This document shows positions 63,148 through 64,000 of a stretch of 64,000 nt of DNA, in pieces. How positions within the stretch are numbered: the first letter of the stretch is position 1; each line of letters begins with the position of its first letter. Under the pieces are notes generated by a model. The model saw only the letters and a list, made by a program, of their open reading frames with translations, was not told the origin of the DNA and did no database searches. The stretch comes from Adineta vaga (taxonomy: Eukaryota; Animalia; Rotifera). Location: positions 14,942,001 to 15,006,000 of the forward strand of contig CP075492.1 of the NCBI GenBank assembly GCA_021613535.1. Direction: 5' to 3'. The position numbers and the translations under genes were made by a program.

Positions 63148-64000
63148 ATGGCAGATTCTCTAACGCAAAATGATGAAATGTGAGGAGACACTAATTACGT
63201 ATCTTCTTAATTATAATTAATTTTCTTGTCATTTAGCTTCGCTCGTAATGATGAATTCGATGAAGATGAAGATCACGCGAATCAACCACAACAAATCGTT
63301 CCAAAACATCATCCAAAATCTTCAATAGATTCTAAGGCAGACGACAAACAAGATAATCAAACTTTGGTAGCAATGATGCTACTGTATGAATATACTTTTG
63401 TATTGATCTTCTTATTTCTCATCTAGATGATTGCTGCAACGAATTTCAAATATGATATCGACAAAATATTCAAAACTGATAAGGATACATATTTATACAC
63501 ATCCATACCGAAGGATCATCTCGGTTTTGTTCCATGTCGAATTACACGACATAAAGGTGTTTCCACAACATTTCATATGTATTTCGAAGGACAGAATGAA
63601 AACGATTTAGTAGGTTTTCTTTTCCTTTTTTTTTCAATTCAGAAAAAAATGCGTTTTATTCTTATAGACTTTTCTTTTAACTGCACGAAAACATTTGTCA
63701 CTCAATGGACATTCGGAATACATAATTGGCATTGATGAAAATATTTCGAAAACTTTAACGGATGGAAATTCTGTTGCATTATTGAAAGGAATGAATATTA
63801 TTGGAAGTGAATATGTACTCTACGATCAACGATTTTGTTCAACTAATCCACAGAATAAAGAACAATTAGCTGCTATTGTCTATGTGAGTTATACTTTTTG
63901 AAATACTATCTAAATGAAGGCAAAATATATATATTTCAGAATGAACATATATTTGGATCGAAAGATATCAGGAAACTGACGGTATTGTTACGTGATCCAG
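63148..64000 (+). CDS. Tubby-domain protein (runs off window)
   Basis: 'CRITRHKG', 'FHMYFE', 'FLLTARK', 'EYIIG', 'NIIGSEYVLYD', 'QLAAIVY', 'IFGSKDIRKLTV' across short introns. Confidence 0.8.

Overview
AT-rich eukaryotic genomic DNA with short (~50-70 nt) spliceosomal introns. The gene content (lineage-type 7TM receptors, NHL-repeat proteins, ART and ART-TPR proteins, bacterial-type enzymes) and (TGTGGG)n-type repeats point to a bdelloid rotifer; this is an inference. Conserved genes: dual-specificity phosphatase, PP1-like, Ser/Thr kinase, SLC33A1-like, TUT4/7-like, SIRT2-like, DWNN and Tubby-like. Likely horizontally acquired genes: glutathionylspermidine synthetase/amidase, short phytochelatin synthase, pentapeptide-repeat protein, methyltransferase. 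Several decayed pseudogenes are interspersed. The most notable observations are: (1) a 263-bp, ~97% identical inverted repeat around a structured 98-bp spacer, with both arms ending at a symmetric GT splice donor and two unrelated orphan genes pointing outward; (2) a tail-to-tail pair of glutathione-consuming enzymes (GspSA + half-size PCS); (3) an intact 11-exon PP1 paralog that has lost key catalytic residues; (4) a family of small foldback elements built from telomere-like repeats, one of which replaces the 5' end of a GPCR gene. All exon structures and alignments were done by eye, without database searches.
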